Assembly (NCBI GenBank): GCA_964291675.2
Contig: OZ219866.1
Location: forward strand, 2,560,001-2,624,000
Direction: 5' to 3'
DNA from: Alphaproteobacteria bacterium
GTDB lineage: Bacteria > Pseudomonadota > Alphaproteobacteria > MPNO01
DNA: 64,000 nt
Positions within the stretch are counted from its first letter, which is position 1, and each line of letters starts with the position of its first letter. A model generated the notes under the pieces. It searched no databases. It worked only from the letters and a program-made list of their open reading frames with translations, and had not been told where the DNA came from. Both the position numbers and the translations under genes were made by a program. Shown piece after piece: positions 55,018-64,000 of this stretch.

Positions 55018-55839
55018 TCATCCCGAATGGGCGCCGGGCGCCCGCGCGAGGGCGCAGATCGCGCGCTCCCGGCCGGTCACGGTGAACGAGAAGCCGGCGG
55101 CGGCGTTGCCCGCGCGATCCCGCACCGGCCGGGAATCGGGCGGGGCGTAGGAGATTGTGACCCAATCCCCGTCGCCGACGCTTCCGTCCAGCCCGAGCAG
55201 CACCTGGCGGCCGTCCACCCGGGCGGCGTCGAACGAGCGGGGCGCGCCGCCGACGAACAGCGCGAAGCCGCCCGGGCCGGCGAGCCCGTCCTCGCTCATC
55301 AACGCCTCGTCCCAGGTCACCGCCAGCGTGTCGCCATCGACCGTCGCGAACAGGGCGGTGGGCCGCTCGCCGTCCACCCTGCGGCTCGGGTCGGGGCCGA
55401 GCGCGGGGTGGGTCAGCGACGCCGCCGCGCCGGCGGGGCCCGCGATGCCGCCCTGCGGCGCGCCCAGCCGGTCGGCGGCGACGGCGATCCCGTCGGCGTC
55501 CGCGTCGCCCTCGGCCACTTCATAGGCGAAGGCAAGCGCCGCCGTGCCGCTGCCGCCCCGATAGGCGGCCGGGTGCGCCGCGCCGCCGATGTCGAGCACC
55601 AGCACCGGCGCCGCGCCCGGCGCCACCGTGACCGGCCGGTCGAAGGAGACCGACACCAGGATTTCGTCGCCGATCCCGTAGATCCCGGCGGGGGAGGCGA
55701 AGGCGATGGCGGTGACCGACGCGGTCTGGGGGCAGGTCCGGTCGCCGCCCGGGGCGGTCAGCTGGGCCGCCGCCGGCGCGGCCGACAGCACCGTCAGCAC
55801 GGCCACGGCGATGGGCACGAGGAGGCTTGTGGTGAACAT
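55018..55839 (-). CDS. Exported beta-sandwich surface protein with SwmB-like domain
   Basis: Signal peptide; YGIGDEILVSVSFD, GSGTAALAFAYEV..GDADADGI; ATVDGDTLAVTWDEAL...RDRAGNAA. Confidence 0.7.
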   Translation of the reverse strand: MFTTSLLVPIAVAVLTVLSAAPAAAQLTAPGGDRTCPQTASVTAIAFASPAGIYGIGDEILVSVSFDRPVTVAPGAAPVLVLDIGGAAHPAAYRGGSGTAALAFAYEVAEGDADADGIAVAADRLGAPQGGIAGPAGAAASLTHPALGPDPSRRVDGERPTALFATVDGDTLAVTWDEALMSEDGLAGPGGFALFVGGAPRSFDAARVDGRQVLLGLDGSVGDGDWVTISYAPPDSRPVRDRAGNAAAGFSFTVTGRERAICALARAPGAHSG

Positions 55840-55960
55840 GTCGCCGCTCCCTGAGTTGCAGAGCGGCCGGCCGCATGTTTCTCAGCTTCGTATATGGGGA
55901 GCGGATGCGCGATTTCGAGAGGCGTGCCCGGAAAGCGAGCGCGGCCGGGCTCCGCGGCTC

Positions 55961-56212
55961 TCAGGCGGGGGCGTCGCCGAGTTCGAGGCGGCGTTCGATC
56001 CGCTCCAGCCGTTCCCCGTGACGGTCCAGGCGCTGGTGGATGTTGGCCACGTCGCGCTGCAGGTTGGCGAGCTGGTTCTGCCGATCGGCCAGGTGCCGCT
56101 CGATCGACGAGACGCGCTGGCGGAGATCGCCGAGCTCGGCATCGATCTTGTCGACCGTCGCGCGGATCGCGCGGAGCTGCGCGAGCGCCGGGTTCCCGAC
56201 CTCGGAGTTCAT
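55961..56212 (-). CDS. Small coiled-coil protein
   Basis: LAQLRAIRA, heptad repeats, RLERIERRLEL. Confidence 0.7.
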   Translation of the reverse strand: MNSEVGNPALAQLRAIRATVDKIDAELGDLRQRVSSIERHLADRQNQLANLQRDVANIHQRLDRHGERLERIERRLELGDAPA

Positions 56213-56354
56213 GCCGTCGACCTACCCGCGGGGGCCGCCGAAATCGAGCTTCGCCGGACGGTCTCCGCCAAACCGGGTGGAGGCGAATCGGGCTATCGCC
56301 TAGCATTCTGCGGCCCCGGGGACGGGGCGTGGCGAACCGCCTTGCGAGAGAGAG

Positions 56355-57992
56355 ATGCCGGTCGAAATCGCGCGAACCGCGCTCATCCTGAAGGCGGCCG
56401 CCGTCGCGGCTGCGCTGACGCTTGCCGCCGGCGCCGAGGCCGCCTCCACCCATCCCGCGACCGGCGAGAAGCTGGCCCGCGACCAGAGCTTCACCTACCG
56501 ACTGGCCGACCAGTTCCCCACCCTCGACCCGCAGCTCAACGAGGACGTCTCGGGCTTCCACGTGATCCGCGATCTGTTCGAGGGGCTGTTGAACCAGGAC
56601 GCCGAGGGCAACCTCGTTCCCGGCGTGGCGACGGGCTACGCGGCGTCCGAGGGCAACACCGTCTACCGCTTCGCGCTTCGTAAGGACGCGCGCTGGTCGA
56701 ACGGCGATCCGGTCACCGCGCACGACTTCGTCTATGCCTGGCGGCGCGCGGTCGACCCCGCCACGGCGTCGCCCTATGGCTGGTATGTCGAGCTCACCCA
56801 GATCGCCAACGCGAAGCAGATCCTGGCCGGCGAGAAGCCGCCCGAAACGCTCGGCGTCGGCGCCCCGGACGACCGCACGCTGGTGGTCAGGCTCGACCGG
56901 CCGCTGCCCTATTTCCCGGCGATGACCACCTACGCCACCCTGTTCCCGGTGCACCGCGCGACGATCGAGAAACACGGAAAGGCGTGGACCGCGCCCGGCA
57001 GGATGGTCTCCAACGGCGCCTATGTGCTGACCGAGATGGTGCTCAACGAGTACCACAGGCGGGTGAAGAACCCGCTCTACTGGGGCGCGGGCAGGGTGAT
57101 CGTCGAGCGGGTCACCGGCCTCGTCATCAACGATTCGAACCAGGCGCTGACCCGCTACCGGGCGGGCGAGCTCGACCATCTCGAGCCGCTGCCGCCCGGC
57201 CGGTTCCCGGCGCTGAAGAAGGAAATGCCCGATCAGGCGAAGAGCGTGCCGAGGCTCTGCTCCTACTACTACGCGATCAACCACACCGGGAGCGGCAACG
57301 CGGCGCTCCGCGACGTGCGGGTGAGGCGGGCGCTCGGCATGGCGATCGACCGCGAGGTGATCGTGAGCCGGCTGCTCAAGGGCGGGCAGTGGCCGGCCTA
57401 CAACTTCACCCATCTGAAGACCGCCGGGTTCCGCATGCCCGACATCGCCTATGCGAAGCTGAGCCAGGGCGAGCGCGACGCCGAGGCCAGGCGGCTGTTC
57501 GCCGAGTCCGGGGCGCGGGATCTCACGCTGAAGCTGATCTACAACACGTCGGAGAGCCACAGGCAGATCGCCACCGTGATCGGCCAGATGTGGAAGCAGA
57601 AGCTCGGGGTGCGCACCGAGCTCGCCAATTTCGAGTGGAAGACCTATCTCGACATCCGCAAGAACCGGGAGTTCGACTTGGCCCGGTCGGGCTGGTGCGG
57701 CGACTACAACGAGGCCTCGACCTTCCTCGACCTGCTGACCACCCGTCACGGCGCCAATGACGGCGGCTATTCGAATGCGCGGGTGGACGCGCTGATGCGG
57801 CGCTCGCGGACGGCCGAGGACCCGTCCGGGATCTATGTCGAGGTCGAGAAGATCCTCGCCGACGACATGGCGATCATCCCGATCTACCACTACGCCAACA
57901 CCTTCCTGCTCAAGAGCGACATCAGGGGCTGGCCCTACGACAACGTCGAGAACAACTGGTATTCGCGGACGCTCTACCGGGTGGCGGAGTGA
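56355..57992 (+). CDS. oppA: Oligopeptide ABC transporter substrate-binding protein
   Basis: TLDPQL, LFEGL, ARWSNGDPVTAHDFVYAWRR, GWCGDYN, IPIYHY. Confidence 0.93.
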   Translation: MPVEIARTALILKAAAVAAALTLAAGAEAASTHPATGEKLARDQSFTYRLADQFPTLDPQLNEDVSGFHVIRDLFEGLLNQDAEGNLVPGVATGYAASEGNTVYRFALRKDARWSNGDPVTAHDFVYAWRRAVDPATASPYGWYVELTQIANAKQILAGEKPPETLGVGAPDDRTLVVRLDRPLPYFPAMTTYATLFPVHRATIEKHGKAWTAPGRMVSNGAYVLTEMVLNEYHRRVKNPLYWGAGRVIVERVTGLVINDSNQALTRYRAGELDHLEPLPPGRFPALKKEMPDQAKSVPRLCSYYYAINHTGSGNAALRDVRVRRALGMAIDREVIVSRLLKGGQWPAYNFTHLKTAGFRMPDIAYAKLSQGERDAEARRLFAESGARDLTLKLIYNTSESHRQIATVIGQMWKQKLGVRTELANFEWKTYLDIRKNREFDLARSGWCGDYNEASTFLDLLTTRHGANDGGYSNARVDALMRRSRTAEDPSGIYVEVEKILADDMAIIPIYHYANTFLLKSDIRGWPYDNVENNWYSRTLYRVAE

Positions 57993-58040
57993 GGAGAGGA
58001 ATTGCTTCACCTCGACATCGAACGGGGCTAATGCACGCAG

Positions 58041-58283
58041 GTGAAGACGACGCTCGACATCGACGACGACCTGCTGGCGCGCGCGAGGCGCCATGCCAGG
58101 GAAACCGGGCGCCCGCTGCGCGCCCTGGTGGAGGACGGGCTGCGCCGCGTCCTCACCCCGTCCCGGAAGCAGTACCGGCTGGCCGATCTGCGGGCGGGCG
58201 ACCCCGACGCGCCTGACCCGCTGGCAGCCTATTCCTGGCCCCGGCTGCGCGACGCGATCTACGGCGACCCCGGCACGCCATGA
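58041..58283 (+). CDS. VapB-type (DUF2191-like) antitoxin
   Basis: KTTLDIDDDLL.RAR, LRALVEDGLR. Confidence 0.82.
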   Translation: MKTTLDIDDDLLARARRHARETGRPLRALVEDGLRRVLTPSRKQYRLADLRAGDPDAPDPLAAYSWPRLRDAIYGDPGTP

Positions 58284-58330
58284 TTGCCGTCGACACCGAA
58301 TCCCCGTTCCACGCGCGCCGCCGCGAGACA
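58280..58330 (+). pseudogene. Stub of VapC PIN toxin
   Basis: ATGA overlap with antitoxin; MIAVDT then ESPFH; similarity lost afterwards and REP repeats follow. Confidence 0.6.
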
Positions 58331-58395
58331 CCGTCCTTCGATAGGGGCTTATATCGGTTACTTGACGAGCGGGAAGCGAGCGACACCTCTTACAT

Positions 58396-58760
58396 CATGC
58401 CCGGCCCCCGGCACGAGTCGGGAGGCGTTGGTGCTCCCCCAACCCCGTCATGGCCGGCCCCCGGATCAAGTCCGGGGGTGATCCGGCCACCCATGCGGCC
58501 TCGCCGCCCGCGAGGCGATCGGCCGGGAGGGGCGGCGGCGCCAGTGGGTGCCCGGATCAAGTCCGGGCATGACGAGAGGGGGCGGGGCGGCGTTCCCGTC
58601 GCCGGTCTGCGCCAGCCGACCTGCCGTCAAGTGATCGGTATAGGCCCCCTTCAATGCGCCGCCTGCGGGGGCTGCTCGCGATGAGGAAGGGGGTGGGGCG
58701 ATCCCGAGAGCAAACCCCTCATCCCGGGTAGGCCCGAAGGGCCGTATCGAGGGACGCCAC
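58396..58760. repeat. REPIN (type A with nested hairpin) plus type-B inverted pair
   Basis: GTCATGGCCGG-CCCCCGGATCAAGTCCGGGGG-TGATCCGGCCACCCA ... TGGGTGCCCGGATCAAGTCCGGGCATGAC; CCTCATCCCGGG...CGTATCGAGGGACGCC. Confidence 0.85.
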
Positions 58761-58765
58761 GCCCG

Positions 58766-59689
58766 ATGATCGCCTATTTCCTCAAGCGCCTCGCCGTCGC
58801 GGTGCCGACGCTGCTGGTTCTCGTCGTGCTGTCCTATGTGCTGATCCACGCCGCCCCGGGCGGTCCGTTCGACGCCGAGCGCGCGCTGCCGCCCGAGGTG
58901 ATGGCCAATCTGGAGCGCAAGTACGGGCTCGACCAGCCGCTCGCGGTGCAGATCTGGCGCTATCTGCTGGGCATCGTCACCCAGTTCGATTTCGGCCCGT
59001 CCTTCCGCTACAAGGACCAGGGCGTGAACCGGATCATCGCCCAGGGGTTTCCGGTCACGCTGACCTATGGCGCCTGGGCCTTCGCGGCGGCGGTGGCGGT
59101 GGGCATCCCGCTCGGCGTCGCGGCCGCGCTGCGGCACAACACCGTGCTCGACTACCTCGCCGTCGGCGTCTCGGTCGGCGCCCAGGTGCTGCCCAACTTC
59201 GTGATGGCGCCGATCCTGACGCTGGTGTTCACGCTGTGGCTCGGCTGGCTACCGGGCGGCGGCTGGCAGGGCGGGCAGTGGATGTATGTCGTCATGCCGG
59301 TGATAGCGCTGTCGACCTCCTTCATGGCCTCGATCGCCCGCATCGCCCGGTCCTCGATGCTCGACGTGCTGGGCGCCGACTTCATCCGCACCGCCCGCGC
59401 CAAGGGGCTGCCGGCGCGGCGCATCGTGCTCGGCCACGCGCTCAAGCCCGCCATGCTGCCGGTGATCTCCTATCTCGGCCCCGCCTTCGTCGGCATGATC
59501 ACCGGCTCGGTGGTGATCGACGTGTTCTTCGCCACCGGCGGGATCGGGCAGTTCTTCGTCAACTCGGCGCTCAACCGCGATTACCCGGTCATCATGGGGG
59601 TGACCATCCTGACCGGGGCGCTGACGGTGTCGTTCAACCTGCTGGTCGACCTGCTCTATGCCTGGATCGACCCGCGCATCCGCTACTGA
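58766..59689 (+). CDS. oppB: Oligopeptide ABC permease
   Basis: APGGPFD, YGLDQPL, DFIRTARAKG, ALNRDY, IDPRIRY. Confidence 0.94.
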   Translation: MIAYFLKRLAVAVPTLLVLVVLSYVLIHAAPGGPFDAERALPPEVMANLERKYGLDQPLAVQIWRYLLGIVTQFDFGPSFRYKDQGVNRIIAQGFPVTLTYGAWAFAAAVAVGIPLGVAAALRHNTVLDYLAVGVSVGAQVLPNFVMAPILTLVFTLWLGWLPGGGWQGGQWMYVVMPVIALSTSFMASIARIARSSMLDVLGADFIRTARAKGLPARRIVLGHALKPAMLPVISYLGPAFVGMITGSVVIDVFFATGGIGQFFVNSALNRDYPVIMGVTILTGALTVSFNLLVDLLYAWIDPRIRY

Positions 59690-59695
59690 GAAGCG

Positions 59696-60610
59696 GTGGT
59701 GCTGTTCGGACGGCGCGCGATGCGGGCGCTGGCGGAACCGCGGGCCGGGCGCTCGCTGTGGCGCGATGCCGGGCGGCGCTTCATGCAGAACCGCGCCGCC
59801 GTGGCGAGCCTCGCAACGCTGGTCCTGGTCGCCGGCTTCGCGCTGCTCGGCGGCCTCATCGCGCCGTGGTCGAACGAGGAGATCGACTGGTCGATGCTCG
59901 GCGCGGTGGCCGAGAAGGGGGCGCCCTCGCTCGCCAACGGCCATTACTTCGGCGTCGACGAGCTCGGCCGCGACCTCTACGCGCGCACCGTCCAGGGCAC
60001 GAGGATCTCGCTCATGGTCGGCATCGCCGGCGCGCTGATCTCGGTGGTGGTGGGCACGCTCTACGGCGCGACCGCGGGCTATTTCGGCGGCCGGCTCGAC
60101 GGCGCCATGATGCGCATCGTCGACGTGCTGATGGCGATCCCCTACATGTTCGTGCTGATCGTCTTCATGGTCGTCTTCGGCCGCTCGATCCTGATGCTGT
60201 TCATCGGCATCGGGCTGGTGAGCTGGCTCGACATGGCGCGCATCGCGCGCGGCCAGACCCTCGCCCTCAGGAACCGGGAGTTCGTCGAGGCGGCGGTCGC
60301 CATCGGCGTGCGGCCTGGCCGCGTCATCGCCCGCCACATCGTCCCCAACCTCGCCGGCGTGGTGATCGTCTACGCCACCCTGCTGGTGCCCTCGATGATC
60401 CTCTATGAGAGCTTCATCAGCTTCCTCGGGCTCGGGGTGCAGGAGCCGGCGACGAGCTGGGGCGCGCTGATCGCCGCCGGCGCCAGCCAGATGCAGTACG
60501 GTACGCTGTGGCAGCTCCTGTTTCCGCTGTTCTTCTTCGTCGTCACGCTGTTCGCCTTCTTCTTCCTCGGCGACGGGCTGCGCGACGCGCTCGACCCGAA
60601 GGACCGCTGA
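59696..60610 (+). CDS. oppC: Oligopeptide ABC permease
   Basis: HYFGVDELGRDL, EFVEAA, ESFISFLGLG, GDGLRDALDP. Confidence 0.94.
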   Translation: MVLFGRRAMRALAEPRAGRSLWRDAGRRFMQNRAAVASLATLVLVAGFALLGGLIAPWSNEEIDWSMLGAVAEKGAPSLANGHYFGVDELGRDLYARTVQGTRISLMVGIAGALISVVVGTLYGATAGYFGGRLDGAMMRIVDVLMAIPYMFVLIVFMVVFGRSILMLFIGIGLVSWLDMARIARGQTLALRNREFVEAAVAIGVRPGRVIARHIVPNLAGVVIVYATLLVPSMILYESFISFLGLGVQEPATSWGALIAAGASQMQYGTLWQLLFPLFFFVVTLFAFFFLGDGLRDALDPKDR

Positions 60611-60613
60611 GAA

Positions 60614-61582
60614 GTGGCGCTGCTCTCGGTGCGCGACCTCTGCGTCTCGTTCGAGACGCCGGACGGCACGGTGAGCGCCGTCGACGGGGTCGATCTCGAC
60701 GTCGAGCCCGGCCGGGCGCTCGGCCTGGTGGGCGAGAGCGGCTCCGGCAAAAGCCAGACGATGTACGCCATCATGGGGCTGCTGGCGAAGAACGGCAGCG
60801 CCACCGGGTCGGTCCGGTTCGACGGGGACGAGCTGCTCGGCCTCGGCGAGGCCGCGCTCGGCCGGTACCGCGCGAGCCGCATCGCCATGGTGTTCCAGGA
60901 CCCGATGACCGCGCTCAACCCCTATATGCGGATCGCCGACCAGATGACCGAGGTGCTGACGCTGCATCGCGGCATGACGCGGCGCGAGGCGCTCGCCGAA
61001 TCGGTCCGCCTGCTGGAGGCGATGGAGGTCCCCGACGCCGCGGCGCGGATCGCCATGTACCCGCACCAGTTCTCCGGCGGCATGCGCCAGCGGGTGCTGA
61101 TCGCCATCGCGCTGGCCTGCCGCCCGCGCCTCCTGATCGCCGACGAGCCGACCACCGCGCTCGACGTGACCGTTCAGGCGCAGATCATGCACCTGCTCGC
61201 CGACATGCGGGCGCGCTTCAGCACGGCGGTGATCCTGGTCACCCACGATGTCGGCGTGGTCGCCGGCAATTGCGACGAGATGGCGGTGCTTTATGGCGGG
61301 CGGGTGATGGAGAGCGGGACGGTCGCGGACATCTTCGCCGGGCCGCGCCACCCCTATACCGCCGGGCTGCTGGAGGCGGTGCCGCGGCTCGACCGGGACG
61401 ACGCGCGCCTGCCCGACATCCCGGGCGAGCCGCCCGATCCCGCCCGCCCGCGGGCGGGATGCCCGTTCGCCGCGCGCTGCAAGCTGGCCGACGAGCTCTG
61501 CGCGCGCGCGGCGCCGGCGCCCGTGCCCTTCCCGGGCGGGCGCCTTGTCGCCTGCCACCGCCCGCTCGGAGCGGCGCCGTGA
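60614..61582 (+). CDS. oppD: Oligopeptide ABC ATPase
   Basis: [38 protein letters not shown]. Confidence 0.94.
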   Translation: MALLSVRDLCVSFETPDGTVSAVDGVDLDVEPGRALGLVGESGSGKSQTMYAIMGLLAKNGSATGSVRFDGDELLGLGEAALGRYRASRIAMVFQDPMTALNPYMRIADQMTEVLTLHRGMTRREALAESVRLLEAMEVPDAAARIAMYPHQFSGGMRQRVLIAIALACRPRLLIADEPTTALDVTVQAQIMHLLADMRARFSTAVILVTHDVGVVAGNCDEMAVLYGGRVMESGTVADIFAGPRHPYTAGLLEAVPRLDRDDARLPDIPGEPPDPARPRAGCPFAARCKLADELCARAAPAPVPFPGGRLVACHRPLGAAP

Positions 61583-62571
61583 GCGCGCTGCTCTCGGTGC
61601 GCGACCTCTCGGTCTCCTTCCCGGTGCGCCCGGCCGGGCTTCGGCCTTGGCAGCGCGCCCGGGAGCTTCGCGCCGTGCGGCAGGTGAGCTTCGACCTCGA
61701 CGCCGGCGAGACCGTCGGCATCGTCGGCGAGAGCGGCTCCGGCAAGTCGACGCTCGCCCGCGCGCTGATCGGCACGATCCCCGCCGCCGGCGGGCGGGCG
61801 CTGTGGCAGGGCGAGGATCTGCTGGCGATGGCGCCGGCCGAGCGCCAGCGCCGCCGCCGCGACATCCAGATGATCTTCCAGGACCCGCTCGCCGCGCTCG
61901 ACCCGAGGATGACCGCGGGCGAGATCGTCGCCGAGCCGCTGGCGACCCACGAGCCCGGCCTGAAGCGCGCCCAACGCCGCGCGCGCGTGGCCCGGACGAT
62001 GGAGCGCGTCGGCCTGCTGCCCGACCATCTCGACCGCTACCCGCACGAATTCTCCGGCGGCCAGTGCCAGCGTATCGCCATCGCCCGGGCGCTGGTCTCG
62101 CGCCCGCGCCTGGTGATCTGCGACGAGCCGGTCTCGGCGCTCGACGTCAGCGTGCAGGCGCAGATCGTCAACCTGCTCGACGACCTCAGGCGCGAGTTCG
62201 GGCTGGCGCTGATCTTCATCGCCCACGACCTCAGCGTGGTGAAGCACATCTCCGACCGGATCATGGTGTTCTATCTCGGCCGGGCGCTGGAATACGCGCC
62301 CGCGCGCGACCTCGTCCGGAGCCCCCGCCACCCCTATACCCGCGCCCTGATCGCCGCCGCGCCGATCCCCGACCCGGCGGTCGAGCGCGGCCGCAGCAGG
62401 ACGCCGCTCGGCGGCGAAGTGCCATCGCCGCTCGCCCCGCCATCCGGCTGCGCCTTCCGCACCCGCTGTGCGATCGCCCGCGAGTCCTGTGCCGGCGAGA
62501 CCCCGGCAATGCAGGAATACGCGCCCGGGCATCTCGCGGCCTGCCCGTTCGGCGGAGCAGCCGGGAGCTGA
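61579..62571 (+). CDS. oppF: Oligopeptide ABC ATPase
   Basis: GTGA overlap; [42 protein letters not shown]. Confidence 0.94.
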   Translation: MSALLSVRDLSVSFPVRPAGLRPWQRARELRAVRQVSFDLDAGETVGIVGESGSGKSTLARALIGTIPAAGGRALWQGEDLLAMAPAERQRRRRDIQMIFQDPLAALDPRMTAGEIVAEPLATHEPGLKRAQRRARVARTMERVGLLPDHLDRYPHEFSGGQCQRIAIARALVSRPRLVICDEPVSALDVSVQAQIVNLLDDLRREFGLALIFIAHDLSVVKHISDRIMVFYLGRALEYAPARDLVRSPRHPYTRALIAAAPIPDPAVERGRSRTPLGGEVPSPLAPPSGCAFRTRCAIARESCAGETPAMQEYAPGHLAACPFGGAAGS

Positions 62572-63045
62572 CTATTCGACCGCGACCCTGCGCTCGGCCC
62601 TGAGCGGGCGTCCCGCGACCGCGAGGGCGCGGTGGTCGTTCGCGTTCAGGGTGACGGCGACGGTCGCGCCGCCCGGCGGCAGCGCGTCGAGGTGGAACCA
62701 GGGACCGTAGACCCGGGCGATCTTGCGGCCGTCGACATAGACATGGGCATGGCCCTCGCCGGGGCGGTGGGGCGCGTTCGCGCGCTCCGGGGCGAAGCGG
62801 AAATTGGTCGTCGCGATATGCAGGTTCCAGCCCGACCTGGCGTCCCGGTCGACGCCGAGCGCGACCGTCGGCGCGCCCGGGCCGGCCGGCAGGTCGATGG
62901 TCTCTCCGCCATGGGCGTGCCCGGCGGCGGGCGCCGGAGCGTGGTGGTGGCCGTCCAGCGCGACATTGTTGGCGGCGGCGAGGAAGAACCCGATGCCGCC
63001 GCCGAGCGCCAGCCCGATCGCCAGAAGCGCGAGAGAGCGCGGCAT
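62572..63045 (-). CDS. His-rich exported putative metal-binding protein
   Basis: N-terminal TM/signal; GHHH...GHAH; GEGHAHVYVDG; LNANDH. Confidence 0.75.
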   Translation of the reverse strand: MPRSLALLAIGLALGGGIGFFLAAANNVALDGHHHAPAPAAGHAHGGETIDLPAGPGAPTVALGVDRDARSGWNLHIATTNFRFAPERANAPHRPGEGHAHVYVDGRKIARVYGPWFHLDALPPGGATVAVTLNANDHRALAVAGRPLRAERRVAVE

Positions 63046-63144
63046 CGTTAGGCGGTGCGCGGGGTGTCCTCCGCCCGCTCGGCCCCGCGCGCCCGGAACT
63101 GCGCCGCGCTCGGCCCGCCGACCGGTATGCGGGAGAACATCGCC

Positions 63145-63315
63145 CTAGTGGCAGGGGAAGCCGGCCGCGTGGCGCGTGTCGTGCGCGGCGCCGTGCAGCG
63201 CCGAGGTCTGCGCGTGGCCGGCGAGCGTGACGATGGCAAGCCCGATGAAGGCGCAAAGCGCAATGGCGACGAGATCGGTCGAGGCGAGAACCCGGGTTTG
63301 CGTTTGAGCGGTCAT
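63145..63315 (-). CDS. cbtB: Cobalt transporter small subunit CbtB
   Basis: Single TM then LHGAAHDTRHAAGFPCH; GGAGA RBS. Confidence 0.9.
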   Translation of the reverse strand: MTAQTQTRVLASTDLVAIALCAFIGLAIVTLAGHAQTSALHGAAHDTRHAAGFPCH

Positions 63316-63408
63316 GCGCATCTCCGTCGTGTCATCGGCGGGCTTCGCCGCGCCCGCTAGCAATAGCCTTTCGCTCCGAACCCGGTCAAGCGCCGGCCGC
63401 GCCTCGCC

Positions 63409-64000
63409 TCAGCATTCGCGGGCGATGGCGTGGAAAAACGTTCCCGTGACGTTGCCGCGCCGCCCGCCGCCCGGTCCGAGCGCGCGCCCCTCGCCGTCGG
63501 ACAGGTCGAGAAAGGACCGGTCCGCCGCCGCGTCCGGCATTGTCGCGTAGTGGAACTCGTGGCCGCGCACCGCCGTGCCGGCGGGCCCCAGGACGCAGTC
63601 CCCGGCGGTCACCGCGCGGCGATAGCCGAGATGCAGCCTGCGCTCGCGAAAGCTCGTGCTGTGCCCCATCAGCCCGGCCATGGCGTGGGTGTTGCCGTCC
63701 GCGTCCTCCAGCGCCTGCCCCAGCACCATGTAGCCGCCGCACTCGCCATGCACCGGCCGGGTCTCGGCGAACTCCCGGAGCCCGCCGAGGAAATTGTCCG
63801 CCGCGGCGATCCGCCCGGCATGCAGCTCGGGATAGCCGCCCGGCAGCCAGCAGCAGTCGCAGCCCGGCGGCGGCGGCTGGTCGGCGAGCGGCGAGAAGCG
63901 GACGATCTCCGCGCCGAGCCGCCGCCAGCCCGCCGCCATCTGCGGGTAGAAGAAGGAGAACGCCGCGTCGTCGGCGAGCGCGATGCGCTGGCCCGGCGGG
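63409..64000 (-). CDS. cobB: Cobyrinate a,c-diamide synthase, C-terminal glutaminase domain (5' part outside window)
   Basis: AFSFFYP, FSPLAD, LPGGYPELHA, GECGGYMVLG, GHEFHY. Confidence 0.92.
   Translation of the reverse strand, partial: PPGQRIALADDAAFSFFYPQMAAGWRRLGAEIVRFSPLADQPPPPGCDCCWLPGGYPELHAGRIAAADNFLGGLREFAETRPVHGECGGYMVLGQALEDADGNTHAMAGLMGHSTSFRERRLHLGYRRAVTAGDCVLGPAGTAVRGHEFHYATMPDAAADRSFLDLSDGEGRALGPGGGRRGNVTGTFFHAIAREC

Noticed and set aside
58280-58684. 134-aa ORF as a full VapC toxin
   Set aside because: Only the first residues are PIN-like; the rest is read-through into REP repeats
63316-63408. Cobalamin riboswitch upstream of cbtB
   Set aside because: The intergenic space is too short and no B12-box motif is visible

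Overview
This is a very GC-rich bacterial window, most likely alphaproteobacterial. That call rests on the Tad/Cpa pilus genes, the FDH3-type formate dehydrogenase cluster and Rhizobiales/Rhodospirillales-type palindromic repeats. From left to right it holds: (1) the end of a Tad/Flp pilus locus interrupted by a tightly coupled three-gene block (di-heme peroxidase, DAHL-type kinase lacking its H-box His, output-less Cache sensor), followed by an unknown 824-aa protein with 45-aa tandem repeats; (2) a TPR-SPOR protein, yghU and mepA; (3) a large periplasmic Mo/W formate dehydrogenase locus with maturation and uncharacterised genes, two unusual cytochrome c fusions and tupABC, interrupted by parDE, repeat clusters and a fused type IIG-like R-M gene; (4) an accessory stretch with relic genes, an orphan antitoxin, a bicupin and an ABC/AAA ATPase + PIN pair; (5) a type II ABC importer, an HTH-PBP regulator, a multicopper oxidase, decayed genes, an acyl-CoA ligase, an opp operon split by vapB/truncated vapC, cbtB and the end of cobB. 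The most unusual non-coding signal is a nested repeat system. An 18-bp terminal motif (CACTGCTGTCCGGTTTAG) always sits at the same position inside REP-like palindromes, and in one case it bounds a 415-bp MITE with a 9-bp target duplication. All domain and family calls are from motif recognition by eye, not database searches.
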